A stretch of DNA of 58,069 nucleotides, filler included, from Basidiobolus ranarum (taxonomy: Eukaryota), in assembly GCA_040143965.1 (NCBI GenBank). It is 8 parts of 8 records of this genome, joined end to end, with 100 filler letters (N's around TTAATTAATTAA, not from the genome) between each part and the next. Parts side by side here need not be neighbours in the genome. Positions count along the whole stretch, not along the records: positions 7,291 to 14,477 come from JASJQH010001166.1; positions 14,578 to 21,762 come from JASJQH010001167.1; positions 21,863 to 29,042 come from JASJQH010001168.1; 5 more parts are not named here. One strand, given 5' to 3'. Below the pieces are notes generated by a model. It did no database searches and was not told where the DNA came from. It was given only the letters and a program-made list of their open reading frames with translations. The position numbers and the translations under genes are program-made. This document shows positions 12,101-25,220 of this stretch, one piece after another; the first letter of the stretch is position 1, and every line of letters starts with the position of its first letter.

Positions 12101-13506
12101 TTGCTTACCATTGACTTTGATAATGCGATTGATTTGCATTTTATCTTCTAACTCGTCAGCAGAGTTGTCCTCAATATCGGATTTGAAAATTTTGTAAATC
12201 AAACATTTAGAAGGCTCCATACAAGCGCATCCAAACGTTCCTATCAGAGAATTCATCGAAAGTCGCTTCCGATGTGTAAACCCAGTTTTGGAGATTGGGT
12301 CTATCTCTTCACTACTACTATCCCATTCCCATCCAATAGTAATTTCCTCACCTTCGGGAATAAATTCTTTTGAGAAAATACCCAAATGAGCTATTGGGTG
12401 ATCAGGTTCATCGGCAACAATAGTACGAAGCTCAGCGTTAGGTTTGCAATGCTTTCGAACAAATCTAGCTTCGTTACCAGAGCGTCTTGAATCCACGCAA
12501 AGGTCGAAAGAAGGATGGAATAATACGAATTGCTTCGGGATTCCCAGAATCTTGAATTGGTTGTTAGGGATACGTTTGTAATTTGATTTTAAGTACACTT
12601 CGCCTTTATACTCGATAATAAGCGTACCCTTTGCGATATTAGAGTCCGCAAACAAACCGAATTGAGGGTATTGTGGATTAGCGTGGTTGGGGATTTCTTG
12701 TACCTCTATACGAATCTTAGGGCTGGATATTGAGATATTGTCCATGATAACTATAGGACTATTATCTATTGAAAAAGGTGGATTCTTCGTACTAGGTGGT
12801 TGCTCATTTTTATCTGTATGCTCATTATTGCTGGCGTCATTCCTACTCTTAAATCCATACTTTTTGGCTTCTTTAGCAGCGTTGTGAAATATCTCAGCCA
12901 CGTCAGCATCAGGGAATATATTATCGTGAATATACTCATACTTTAAATCTTGCTCAAGAAACATAGGACCTTGGTTTTGGAAATCATCATCACCAGTATC
13001 ACTGTAACGCCGCTGGGTAAATATTCGATTCTTTGATTTGTATGGGTATTTTTTCCTACTGTCTTGGTTGGTCGCAATACCAAATCCACTAGTAACTTTT
13101 TCATTGGATTTTTTTGATTTAATATTAGGTCGTTTTTTAAGAAGTTCTTTTTTTTGTCGTTGCAAAATCTCATTCCGAAGTCGTTGATGTTCTTTCGCTT
13201 TCTGAGGTAAAAATAAAATAATAGGTTAGTTGATGGAGATTGGAATGAAATAATTCTTGCACGAAAGCTAATACATACTTTGAGATCAAGCGGCCTAGGC
13301 ATACAGAAATCACAAAGATATTTGTCAGGTACTGTATCGGGGGCAATATCAACACACACAGCGTGTTGCCAAACTAAGCAGCCTTCACATTGTATAGTGA
13401 AGCCATCGTCATCTGAATACCCACATATACAGCGAATTATGCCTTGATCTTCTTCTGAACTGGAGCCATGAAGTATTGTTTTGTCTCTAAAAGTTTCGGA
13501 GTTCAT
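9191..13506 (-). CDS. SET3: Set3/Set4/MLL5-like PHD finger + SET domain chromatin protein
   Basis: Exon 13506-13279 encodes the PHD finger IRCICGYSDDDGFTIQCEGCLVWQHAVC...YLCDFC. GT-AG intron 13278-13202 joins in frame (PLDLK|KAKEHQR) to the large exon containing a Set3-type SET domain (VDSRRSGNEARFVRKHCKPNAE, GEEITIGWEWD). An upstream exon is possible (acceptor near 13523). Confidence 0.88.
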
Positions 13507-14477
13507 TTCGGTAGAATCTACCCTAAAATATAAGCAAAATTGTCAATACTTCAACAGAAATCCTGAAGGATGTCAAAAATCGAATAAAACTGTTTGCGAA
13601 ATTAACGAAGGAATCTTCTACAAAGTGATAAATTGTCGTTGAAAACCAAAGTAAAACAAAAAGATAGTTTACTTTTGGAACTATAGCAGTGTCGATATAG
13701 CGAAAGTACCAAAAAATAGAGCGGAGTAAATATTACAAAATTAGAAATTGAAAATGGTTAATTAGATGAGAAATTTGAGTGTGTTTGTTTGGAAAGCTTT
13801 CTGGTTTCAAGTTGAGGCTGGTAGAAAGTTGAAAAAATATAGTTCATTATCTGAACAGACTAAAGCATTCCCTGACGTAGTGTATCCTCTGTGGTGACTA
13901 TAACGAGCTATGGTCTCCAATAAAGAAAAGATGATCGTTGTTGCAGAGTAATTTCAAATATGTTTACACCAAACAGTAGTTTTGCGTGCTTGAGTTGTTC
14001 AAATTTTCGGATTTTCTCAATTTGCCTTCTAGTAAACAACACAGAAAAAAGGTCGAAATAATGTGAAGAAAGAAAAAACGAAGTTTTCAAATAGCAGAAT
14101 TCAAAGTAAATAAATGAACAGTGGATTTTAAATCAGGTTTGAGGATACTTAATCAACCTACCAAAACTAAAGCATGTACGCAACTTTGGCTAATCACGAT
14201 GGACCCTATATTTTAAGGGTTCTTTTTAATATATCTGCGAGAACTTCAATGAAGGTTGTTGTTTGGATTTGGGTATTTGTGGAAATCTTCATGAGAAAAT
14301 CGATATCTGTCCATTTTATCAACTTCTACCATTCATTAGTTTCTAGAATAACTCTGATTAATTGCACATCATTGAAACAGGCAATCCTTTTAGTGCACAG
14401 TATCATCCACCAACCCAATATGCTAGAAAGAGGCGCTATGCGGAAACCCTATTCTGAATCAATCAGTGTGCTCTAAT

Positions 14478-14577
14478 NNNNNNNNNNNNNNNNNNNNNNN
14501 NNNNNNNNNNNNNNNNNNNNNTTAATTAATTAANNNNNNNNNNNNNNNNNNNNNNNNNNNNNNNNNNNNNNNNNNNN
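14478..14577. other. artificial contig linker
   Basis: N44-TTAATTAATTAA-N44. Confidence 0.99.
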
Positions 14578-14710
14578 TTCACTCCTGAAACTGAAAAAAT
14601 TGATTAAAATCAAATCTAACTTGACAATTTTATGATGGTAAGTAAATGGTCAATCCCAAATGGAATAAAATTGTGGCGGTTTTCCTACAATAACAATCCT
14701 CAAATTTCTG

Positions 14711-14921
14711 TTAGGGTGTAAGCATCCGGTAAAGAAGGGTCAGAAGGTTCTTTTCATCTCCAGAGACTACATCACAAAGCTCCATGTCTTCCAGCATGAT
14801 TTGCATCTTGAACCTCCAGAAATTGTAATTTTCTCCATTATGCTTTTCAACACTTGAGTTAATAAAAGTGGTAGTAGTGGTTTCGGTCATGCTGTAAAGG
14901 TTATACACAGGGCTCATATCC
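14711..14921 (-). mobile_element. Ty1/copia retrotransposon 5' fragment (leader motif + gag N-terminus), degenerate
   Basis: VEKHNGENYNFWRFKMQIMLEDMELCDVVSGDE matches the copia gag N-terminal pattern (L.G.NY..W...M...L...LW..V.G). It is preceded by GGATATGAGCCC (14921-14910), a variant of the GGTTATGAGCCC post-LTR motif of copia elements. Confidence 0.75.
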
Positions 14922-15369
14922 CAGAGGAACTTTAGAAAAGTGGAGTTGTGAATAGCTTTGTGAGATAATTATTTATTGTCCAGAAATAAAGCATTTACAC
15001 ATTTTGGTGGAAATACAGAAAACTAACACTGGGGTTGAGTTCAGAACATCTGTGAGAGTAAATGAGCTATCTTTGGGGCATTGTGATGAGTTTGAAATTT
15101 CCAATATGGAATTGCTAATTCTCATATTATCACAAAAATATATAATGTAAGTTCCAGTTTTCAGTTAAGTGATATTTGACTAAGTAATGTTAACTAACTT
15201 TTATGTGATTTATGAAAAAGTTGGGTGTATAAAGATAGAGACAGCTAATATGATAAAGACAACAAACTTCAACAGGATTTGTATTCCAGTCACAATGGGA
15301 ATTAGAAAACACATGAATCTTGTTGTGTTTAGTCTCTTCGTATTCCAGCCATAATGAGAATCAAAAAAT

Positions 15370-17870
15370 ACAAGAATCATGTTGTGTATAGTCTCTACAT
15401 ATGCACATATTTGACTGATTAGACATAGCTCAACAATATCTAAATGCTTTATAGCAAACTAATGGTGAAAAATGGCTAAACACCAGAAATTTTGAATAGC
15501 ACTGACACTTGGCAAATAGCAGACTTGTGTTATTATTCACAATAAAAATAAGCTCTTGGATTCTTACAAACTGCCATAAAGAATTAAGCCAAAATATCCC
15601 AAATTTACAGTCAACAATTGTGCTGCCACTAGTGATGTGTCTTTGCTTGTATAGATTCCCCCATGGCTAAAACAATAATGCTGCATATCTGGATCTATAT
15701 CACCAAGAAGTCTGTCTTGCAGCTTTCCCAGAAGCATCATAAGATTATCACACAAACAAATTAGTCCAAATTGGAGAGATACTTACTGTGTGTCCATGGA
15801 TTGGGCTTTGTTGATGTTATTGTGCTCAAACAATGCAAGAACCTAAGAACACATTGAAAAAGAGCCCTTGGTTGAAAGTTTATATACTCTGGAGTCTCGT
15901 TAACCCATTGCATTACATCCATCCCTGATTTTGCTAATACATGATTAATCCAATTAGCATAGGATAATACTAACATTTTCATGTAGATCATCATTTGACC
16001 ATTGGTGTGCTCCATTGGAAGCTCTCAAAATGTATGGCAAAGGTCTATAGTCCCTAAGCATTGTGAAAGATGCAGCAGGGAGTGTATTGAATGCCAACAT
16101 AGATTCAGTCTATCTTCTTTAAACCTGCAATAAAGTCTTTCATATCCAATTCCAAAATGTTTGCAAGTTATTGTAGCTACCTGACATCTGCCTATGTGAG
16201 TTGATGCCGTAAGAATATACTGACAACATGCACAAACCACTCCTAATGTTTCCAGGACTTATCAGGCAGAAATCTTTTCAAGATTTCACTTTTATATATA
16301 CAAATCCAATACTTCCAGTCTTTGCATTTGAATAAACACCTATATGAGTGGATATTGGTAGGAGTCCTGGTAAGATATGATGTTGTCTTGATGTTTTCAA
16401 GTATTTTCCCAATTAATTCAAACTTTGATCCTATCTTGAATGGCACTTTCATATTGAATTGTCCATGATATAGCAGAATAAGTAGTATTGGAATGTTGTT
16501 GAATAGTAAGTGCATAGTGTGTAATGGGAAGCTCTTACTCCAGCTAATCACCCTTGGTAATATAATCTTAGGCTTACAGCTAAACACAAGCATGATGTTG
16601 AGCCAACTCTTTGGTGAATTGATATCAGTGAGCATGTAGAAATATGTCCAGGCTCTTGATAGTAAAATCATGGAGCTAATTATTGTATTTGGATGGTAGT
16701 AAAGCATTTGCCTGGTAGAGTAAACTGATTGATTTGACAAAATATACTACAAGATAGTGCATTGTGCCAAAAAAATCTCCAAGTTTACTAATGGCAGGAG
16801 TATCAAAAATACATTCTATGAAATTAGCTTTGAAAAATAATCACCAGTCTGAACCCCAATAGATAACCATTCAAACTCTGAAATCAAAGGCTCCAACAAG
16901 CAATCTTGAAGCACTGATAATGTAGGTCCACATATGAGGGATAGCATCAAAGTATTACAAATCTTGTACCATTCAGAAGAAGGTAAGTTTATATTAATTA
17001 AAATTTTGGGCAAGCAAGCCTTTTAAATGGTAAATTTGCTTAGTGCAAAATCATCTGGAGCCAATGCAACCACAGGATCATATGTGTTTTCAAAGAAACC
17101 TTGTCATTTTAGATTATAGTAGTAATATCCATCTCATATATTGGTAATACCATCAGCTTTACAATAAGTACTTTGGTTATTGATTAATGATATATATCTG
17201 GGTTATTTCATCCAAACTTTAACATGGGCAATCAATGGTATTTAAGACAAATATGAACAATATTCACCTGATTCAGTAATTGCCAATTGTGTGCAAACAA
17301 TACATGACTTGAGGTTTTTCAGATCACTGGTGTAAGCCAAACAACCATTTGGTCATGAAAGTAATTTCATTACAGAAGGTCTGTAAGTCATACAGTGGAC
17401 AATTGTTTTCAACTTGTACCTGGTGGGTGGCAAGCAACAGTTGCCAATCAAATGTGGTCAAAGTTTAAGAAAACTAATAAACACCTGGTTTCTAAGATTG
17501 AATTGAACTCTCCACTCATCAATAATCAAAGCTGCTTCCTTTACTGAAAGTGTTATGAGTGGACTAATGCTTACCAGTAACAAAGAGTCTGTAACAGAAC
17601 CATCAATAACTTCTTTATCTTGTAATATATTACCATCAGTACTGGTATAACCAAGGTCAACATTTAGCAGCATGTCCTCAAAGTTGTCTGGACTTACTGT
17701 TTTGGCCAAAGAGACACTTCTACCTCCATCACTCTGGTCATATAACTGTGTTAACTCCATGGTATCTTGACTTTCATCAGTGTTACCAAAACTTTGAGGT
17801 AAGGTATAGCCAGTGGACTCAGTGGGCCAAACTAAAGTATATTTTGTACACTTATTACTATTGAAGTTCA
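15370..17870 (-). mobile_element. degenerate CACTA/CMC-EnSpm transposase, copy A
   Basis: Frameshifted fragments ILININLPSSEWYK...GP...LEPLISEFEWL (tnp2-like), SFPLHTMHLLF, KCKDWKYW and IHSLLHL..C.G. Colinear with copies B, C and E. Ends approximate. Confidence 0.85.
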
Positions 17871-17999
17871 CCAGACTTTGTGGCTTTGTACTGTGACTGT
17901 GCTTGTGGTTATTTTTTTTATGAAGTCATAGGCTTTCATAGCACAAGAATTTATGACCATAATAGCAGGGCTTCTTTAAACATTTGTGATATGGCAAGA

Positions 18000-19224
18000 G
18001 AAGGATATTGTAGAAGAAAGAACACCTCAAACTTATGTGTGATATTTTGATTCTGTGACTGTGTCACAAATGAGTCATCAAAGAATTTACAAGATATTTC
18101 TGGTAATGGATGGCATATTTGGTTCATTATAAGCTGTTTCTGAGCAATTTGATTACATAACGTTTACTATCTGAAAATTTCAATGCTTTTAAAAAGGCAT
18201 TCAAAATTTAAATCAAAATTGGCTGTCAAGCCAAAGCCTGTTGGCACCAAAGGAAAGCCAGCAAGAACAGATGATTTGATTGGAGAGCAGTCTTGCATTC
18301 CAATATCCACTTTTTAAGGCATTATTATGCCAGAAACTAACTCAAAAATGATGAAGCATTGAGAAATTTACCACATGTGTTCCTTTCCATCAATAGTGCA
18401 AGTGAAGAGAATGTGATCCCCCAATTATAAAGTAAATCAATAATTGAGCAATGTTCAACAGAAACACCATCAAGACTATCAACTTCCAATTTGGCTACTA
18501 TACCAACTATTGAGCTCCCCCATAGAAGATTTGGATTGATTTTTTACAAAAAGGGAATCTCAAGCAGAATGTGGAAAAAATTTGTATACAATCATGAGTA
18601 AAAATCACAAAGTTGCCATATCAGCCATAGTGAGCAATAACACCACAATATTGCAATTAATGAAGCATTCTGTATCAACTGGTTGAACATTAGAGAGTGA
18701 TGCAACAATGATAATATACCTAGAGAATGCTGTACTTGAGCTACAGCAACATGCTGCTCCCTCTGTCCATTCTCATATGAATTGCAATTAGTCCCATATC
18801 ATATATATAAACATCACCATGACAATCTAGCAGAGCAGAATATGTGTTGGACAATAAGCCTACACAACAACCCAAAATTACTTGGACACATAAAAGTAGA
18901 AATCTCATAGAAAAGCCAGCAAACCAAAAGACTCTGAATCTGAGAGCTGCTGTCACTTGCTCTGATGCTGATGGGCTTAACAACTTGGAAACTGTGTGGA
19001 ATCTTGCCTGAAATCACCTTGATTTGAGCCAATTTTGGAAAAACCAAAAACCAGGTGTTACTCTGAAGGTTCTTGACTAATTTCCTGAGCTCTAACAAAA
19101 ATTAAATCAATTTGATCGGGATTGGATCCATCCTCAAAAAATAGCAAAATTGTCAGAGAACCATCAAAACATTGGTGGCTTGCATTCTGCCAGGGATTCT
19201 GATGGTGTGATGGCAGTTTCTTGA
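18000..19224 (+). pseudogene. degenerate second ORF of the CACTA element, convergent with the transposase
   Basis: Coiled-coil-like segment (ILQLMKH...LENAVLELQQH) also found at 50570-50832, then LDLSQFWKNQKP...FPEL...FDRDWIHPQKIAKLSENHQN...DGVMAVS*. The terminal stop is conserved in four copies. The start is approximate. Confidence 0.55.
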
Positions 19225-19419
19225 CAGTGTTTTGACGGTGTTCATTCCCTGTTAAAATATTGATCCTCAAATTTGGCATGAGTTATTCAATATCCAGCAA
19301 TTTTTGCAAAAGTCTAATTTTTGAATGGCAAATTAGGTTTACTGCTGTAGGAATTTGAAGCAAAACAAATGCCTTTATTAAGATATTTTAGGCTCTGTAT
19401 TCCAGCCATTATGAGAATC

Positions 19420-21352
19420 ATAAAATACAAGAATCTAGTTTTGTTTAGTCTCTCCATATGCACATACTTGACTGATTAGACATAACCCAGCAACATCAAT
19501 ATGCTTTACCAGCAAACTAACACTGGAAGAATTGCTACACGTCTCAAATTTTGAATAGCACCTACACTTGGTAAATAGCTGACTCTTGTTACCATTCACA
19601 TTGAGAATAAGATCTTGGACTTTTGCAAATTTCCATAAAGAATTCAGCCAATATATCCCCAACTCGAAGTCAGCAAATGTCCTGCCACAAGTAGCCATGT
19701 CAATGCTTGAATAGATTACCCCATGGCTAAAACAATAATACTAGGTATCTTGATCTATCTCATCAAGAAGAGTGTCTTGCAGCTTACCTAAAAATACCAT
19801 CAGATTGGCACACAAACAAATTAGTCCAAATTATAGAGGTACCTACCCTGTGTCCATTGATTGGGCTTAGTTGCTCTTATTGTGCTCAAACAATGTGAAA
19901 ACCCTTGAGCACATTGAAAAGAGCACTTTGTTGGAAGGTTAATATTCTCTGGATTCTCCTTAACCCATTGCAGTACATCGATTTCCGATTTTCCTTATAC
20001 ATTGTTAATGAGATTAGCATACAGTAATGCTGACAATTTCACATGGAGCATCATTTCAGAGCAGGTGTGCTCCATTGGGAACTCCCAAAATGTATGTCAA
20101 GGGCCTATGATCTCTAAGCATTGTGAAAAATGTGGCAGGGAATGTATTGAATGCCAACATAGATTCAGTTTATCTTCTCTAGACCTGTAATAAAGTTTTT
20201 CATATCCAATTACAAAATGTTTGCACAGTGGCTGAATCTGCTTGATATCTGCCAATGTGAGTTGATGCTGTAAGAATATATTAATAACATCCAAAAACAA
20301 CTCCCAATGTTGCCACAACATACCAGGCAGAAATGTTTTCAAAATTCCGCTTGAATATATACAAATCCAATACTTCCAGTCTTTTCATTTGAATAAACAC
20401 CTATATGTGTGGATATGGATGGGAGTCCTGGTAAAATATGATGGTATCTTGACGTTTTCAAGCACTTTCCCAATTGATTCAACCTTTGATCCTGTCTCAA
20501 ATGGCTCATTCATATTAAATTTTGCACTATATAGCTTAGTAAGTAGTATCAGAATGTTGTTGAATTGTAAGTGCATTGTGCCTAATAGGAAGCTCTAGCT
20601 CCAGCTAATCCCCCTCAGCAATATAGTCTTAGGCTTATGGCTAATACCAAGTTTGATGTTAGACCAACTATTTGGTGAATTGATATCAGTAATCATGTTG
20701 AACTTTGACCAGGCACTTGATGGTAAAATTATGGAGTTTAGTGTTGTATTTTGATAATAGTTATGTGTATACCTGATAGAGTAAACTCCATTGATTTGAC
20801 AAAATATTCAGCAAGATAGTGCATTGTGCCCACAAAAACCTCCAATTTTACTGATGGCATTAGTGTCACCAATACATACAATGAATTATCTTTAATAAAA
20901 TATTCACTCCTCTGAACCCCATTAGATAACCATTTGAATTCCACAATCCAAGGCTCTAAGATGCTATTTAGAAGCATTGGTGACTTAGGTCCAGATATTA
21001 TTGATAGTATTGAAATATTATGATTCTTATACCACTCAGAAGGAGGAAGATTTAAGTTAATTAGAATTATTGGCCAGCAAGCCTTTCCAAAGGTATATTT
21101 GTTTAGCAACAAACCATCCAGGGCCAATGCAAATACATGATCATATGTGTTCTCAAAAAACATTGACTTTTCAGATTCTGGTAGTGATATCCATCAAGTA
21201 CATTGGTAATATCATCAGCTTTATGGTGAGAACTTTGGTAATGGATCAATGATATATATATTTGTGTGATTTCATCAAAACTTCAAGATGGGAAATCAAC
21301 AGAATGTAAGCTAAATATAAAGAATATTACCTGATTCAGTGATTGCCAATTG
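19420..21352 (-). mobile_element. degenerate CACTA/CMC-EnSpm transposase, copy B (5' part interrupted by a copia LTR)
   Basis: FALALDG...CWPIILINLNLPPSEWYK..I.SIISGPKSP...ILEPWIVEFKWLSNGV is typical tnp2/Transposase_21. The downstream YEKLYY...HSIHSLPH..QCLEIIGP..FWEFPME is a DUF4218-like region. Confidence 0.9.
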
Positions 21353-21703
21353 TGATAAATGTGTTTAAGGGATTTGGAAGTGTTTTGGACAAGATTTAGG
21401 TTTGTGAATCAGACACTCAAGTTTTATTGAATTGAATATGTCCTATTTATTGTTTACTATGAAATAGAACTATTGGATATGCTTAGATCATAACAAACAT
21501 GCCTGTTAAGCTTGGGTGAAATTTGAGGTGATTTGGAGAAGTTTTGAGAAAATAGTAAAAATTGGTAAAAGTGATCTAATTAATATTTCTATCAAATAGA
21601 GCAATAAACACACGTTTTTGAATGACAGAATAGAGTACTAAATAATCCGAATATGAATAAACTAACTACTAAATAATGAGTTGCTATTTAGCTAATTTCA
21701 ACA
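21353..21703 (-). repeat. copia LTR (~351 bp), 3' LTR with polypurine tract at 21704-21716
   Basis: Minus strand reads AGTTGAGTGGGAA|TGTTGAAA...TTTATCA. Homologous to 51126-51475 and 54795-55145. The adjoining 21704-21762 matches the end of the copia RNase H region near 51480-51530. Confidence 0.85.
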
Positions 21704-21762
21704 TTCCCACTCAACTAATTATTTTGTATTTCTCTTTAACCTCACTTATATCTTAATAATTC

Positions 21763-21862
21763 NNNNNNNNNNNNNNNNNNNNNNNNNNNNNNNNNNNNNN
21801 NNNNNNTTAATTAATTAANNNNNNNNNNNNNNNNNNNNNNNNNNNNNNNNNNNNNNNNNNNN
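21763..21862. other. artificial contig linker
   Basis: N44-TTAATTAATTAA-N44. Confidence 0.99.
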
Positions 21863-21899
21863 GAGCGGCTTTACGGCCCAACTTCTACTTTCACTCAGC

Positions 21900-24800
21900 T
21901 ATGGCTTAGCACGACGTCCATAGACAAAACCGTATACATCTAGATTGGAGCGCTGTTTATGGCATGGTCCAACACTCGGACTGGAGTCGAGCGTGTCTAT
22001 ATTGGCCGGCTATTTTCCATTTGAGTAACCCATTGACTAAGCGATGGAATAGTTATTTAAAGAATTCCCATTCCAAATGCAAACATTGAACCACAATAGA
22101 TCGGAATATGGTCTATCAATTCGCTGTGGTGCTAAATCTACCCAGTGCACATATAAGATTCGACCTATTCTCACATAAATCTATTTTGGTGTAATCCACT
22201 AATATCGGTGAAGCAAGTTTGGAATCCGGAAAAGATAAACTATCGTGTAATCATTACTGATTGTCCCAAACATCGAGCTAAACAGAGTTGCGATGGTCAT
22301 AACAAATATAACTGAAGCCTAAATCAATTGCTGGCATCCGCGTCATCTCCTCCACCTTGTTCTGGTAGTGTCGGTCTGTCCTTTGCTGTACGGTGCAGCC
22401 TCATTCAAATATATCCAGGTGGATGCATCTATTAGGCTATGGTTCATTACCTTGCTCTAACCACCCGCACATACTGTCATTATACTTGGTGAATCAACCC
22501 AATGGTAATGCTCAGAGAAATCTCATAACCATCGAAGACACATCTCCAAGATGCCTCTTGTTGACATGAATTCAAATCATTCCGCATTAGGCACCGTGTA
22601 TCGCAGCCAATATTACCATTGAAGTCGGCTCAATCTGCTGATGTAGGGCAAATGACAAATACGGTCAATCGTCAGACCAACCGGGTCTATCCTGATATGA
22701 AGATGGCTCAAATTTCGATTTTTTTGACTGTTATCAGCAAGGTCCTAGTTTGATGATGATTCTACCAACCGTTACTTATATGCTGCCGTGTAACTTGAGG
22801 TGCGCTGAACTAATACTAAGCTATCCAAATGGATGTTTGTCATTTTTCTTGGCATCTTCATTTGAATTCGCCCTGCCTCAGCAATGAAATATGCCTCGAC
22901 AGTTAATTTGGGTCCGATGAAGGCCTCTGGCTAGGGTTATAATCCAGTACTAGGAATGACATCAGACTACTTGGAGCACTCATTTGTTGGAACTTCCCGT
23001 GAGTTGTATCACACAAAGCGATGATTTCTCCGAATTCAACGCTGATGTATGGCTTAATTGGAAAGCATTAGGACCGGTATTTATCAAGTCTGTTTCATTT
23101 CCATAGCAATATGTGACCAAGACTCGCTGAATTTAATCAGGTCTCTTTCCGGTGATACATTCGTTCTCATATTGGCTGCACTTGCTTTTCAATAGCACTC
23201 GAGTTCTTTATGCTGTCTGTGTGCGCAATCGGTGGAGGTGACCTGTACAATTAGTTCTGGTATCCGGGGTGTTACTATATTAGTTGATGCGCTCGATCTT
23301 CACCTAGTCTAGCATCAGAGTGAGAACTGTAACTCAACAAATCAATATTTGCATTGCCTGCTCAGAATCAGTCTTGGCTCTTTGCTAGACCTTTCAAACT
23401 TGGGAATTGGATTCATGGCCTAACTAGCAGTCTTTGTCTAAGACCAATCTTACCCATCATGCTGGGATTATTCGTGCAAACGGAGCTTTGTTCAATAAAT
23501 CTCCGCCCCATTGTATTTCCACATCGATTTCACTTGTAAACATCAGCTAGCCTTCAAATTTGGGCTTCTATTGAAGAAAAAGTCTCATGATTCACCATGA
23601 TTACAGAACAGGAAATTTTACCGGAGAATAAAGAGGCTCTGTTATGTTACACGCCGTTACAAAGAATCAATATGAAATTAAGCAATTATCATCCGCTGTT
23701 CATAGGTGTGAAGTGAATACACAAATAGCTTTTATGCACTGGGCGGGCAACAATCTCTTTAATTTATACTGAATCAGCGCTATCTGCTCCGGATTGATTC
23801 GCTCTCTCTCACATGGCTCATCCCAGACAAACTTGTAACATCAAGTGGCAAGTTGAATACTAGGTGAGCATTGATTGTGGGATTTCTAGTCGTCAACCCA
23901 GGCTTAATGATATGCTGCTAAGGGCTTTTCCAATTAAAGCTTGCTTAGAATCGGCGAGACCCAATGGACCAAAATCCGGTTTTAAATGACCACGAGAGTA
24001 ATTGGAGTACTCATGATCATGAACAAATATGCAATATGGTGCATCTCATTAGAATTCATCACATTGCCAAATTCACCCTCATTTATTGCGGGTTAACTCC
24101 TGCGGATAAAGCGCTTTAGGTGGATTTAGAGTAACATTTGATTGAGTCACTTATTTGTAACAATTTAGGGCCACCTGAACCTCACGATCAGTACGGATTC
24201 CAGTTCCCCATCGAACTTGATTTATTAGTACTTACCATGGGTCTGGTACATGCACACCGTTTTATTACTAAGACGAGATTATGCCAATTCCATTTCACAC
24301 ACAGAATCAATCCTACCTGCTTCTACCGACCGCCGACATTGCTGTCGCTTTCTATTTAATAGAACCACTCTTGTAAGCCTGATACACCGCATGAATAACA
24401 AAGAGTGAGTCGCCATAGCTTGGTGCAGAGCCTGGTAATCAATCAATACCCCAATAAATCATCCAAATTGCCTCGTCCTTACACTACCATTATACTTGAG
24501 CCTGTAGCGGAATTGATTCGGATCTATTATTCTATTTGTTCCGAACAACCACCAAAAGATTCTCACACTGTTCAGGAATTTTCAGTCAACTAAATGCTGA
24601 CTTGAAGAATTGCTCTAGACGTTCCATCCGCTACCAAGACCTATTTTACATCCACATTCTGACATCTACGAAGTCCTCTGCAGTATTGAATGGTTTTTAA
24701 ATAATCAGGATTGGCTTCGATGAATCCCACCTGCTACCGTAGCCTTGATACCCATCTAAATTGGTAGCGAACTTAGGATCAACCAATGGTAAGGATCTCC

Positions 24801-25220
24801 AGTCTCCAGTTTGCCATCAGTTGTTTGTATTTGTTTGCACTGAGCTCAATGAATCCAGAGTTCGGGAACCAATTATCCACATCACTCACTCTATCCTGAT
24901 TCGGGCATATTGGTCGACTATCATTGGCTAGACAGATCTTAGAATCTCATACATTTATGGTGATTCATTGATTGTCAAACAGATTAATGGCTTTTGTATT
25001 TATTAAATGATGTGTTCTTGGTGGCTGAAGGCTACTATGGTGTAGAGCTGTATCTGTACTCAAATCAACTCAAGCTTTAAGATTTTCGATGATGGGGCTA
25101 ATTATCTCGTGCTTGTACAAACACCAATAGCTTCACAGTGAGTGGCTTTCACACATAGTTTGGATTGCTTTCTCGCACTTATGCCAGTCACTTCATTTCC
25201 ACTATGCTAAGTGCTCAGCC
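21900..25220 (+). mobile_element. heavily decayed retroelement relic, probably non-LTR (LINE-like), with RNase H
   Basis: The clearest piece is HIYGDSLIVKQINGF (~24947-24994), resembling the RNase HI GDSxLVVxQxxG motif, with IGFD upstream (~24710). Weaker echoes are endonuclease-like IRFDLF (~22153) and RT-like FK(Y)LGI (~23393). Many stops and frameshifts. Confidence 0.4.

Noticed and set aside
19058-19279. Minus-strand ORF MPNLRINILTGNEHRQ... repeated in several CACTA copies
   Set aside because: The opposite strand gives a more protein-like frame with a stop conserved in four copies, so this is treated as the antisense shadow of ORF2.
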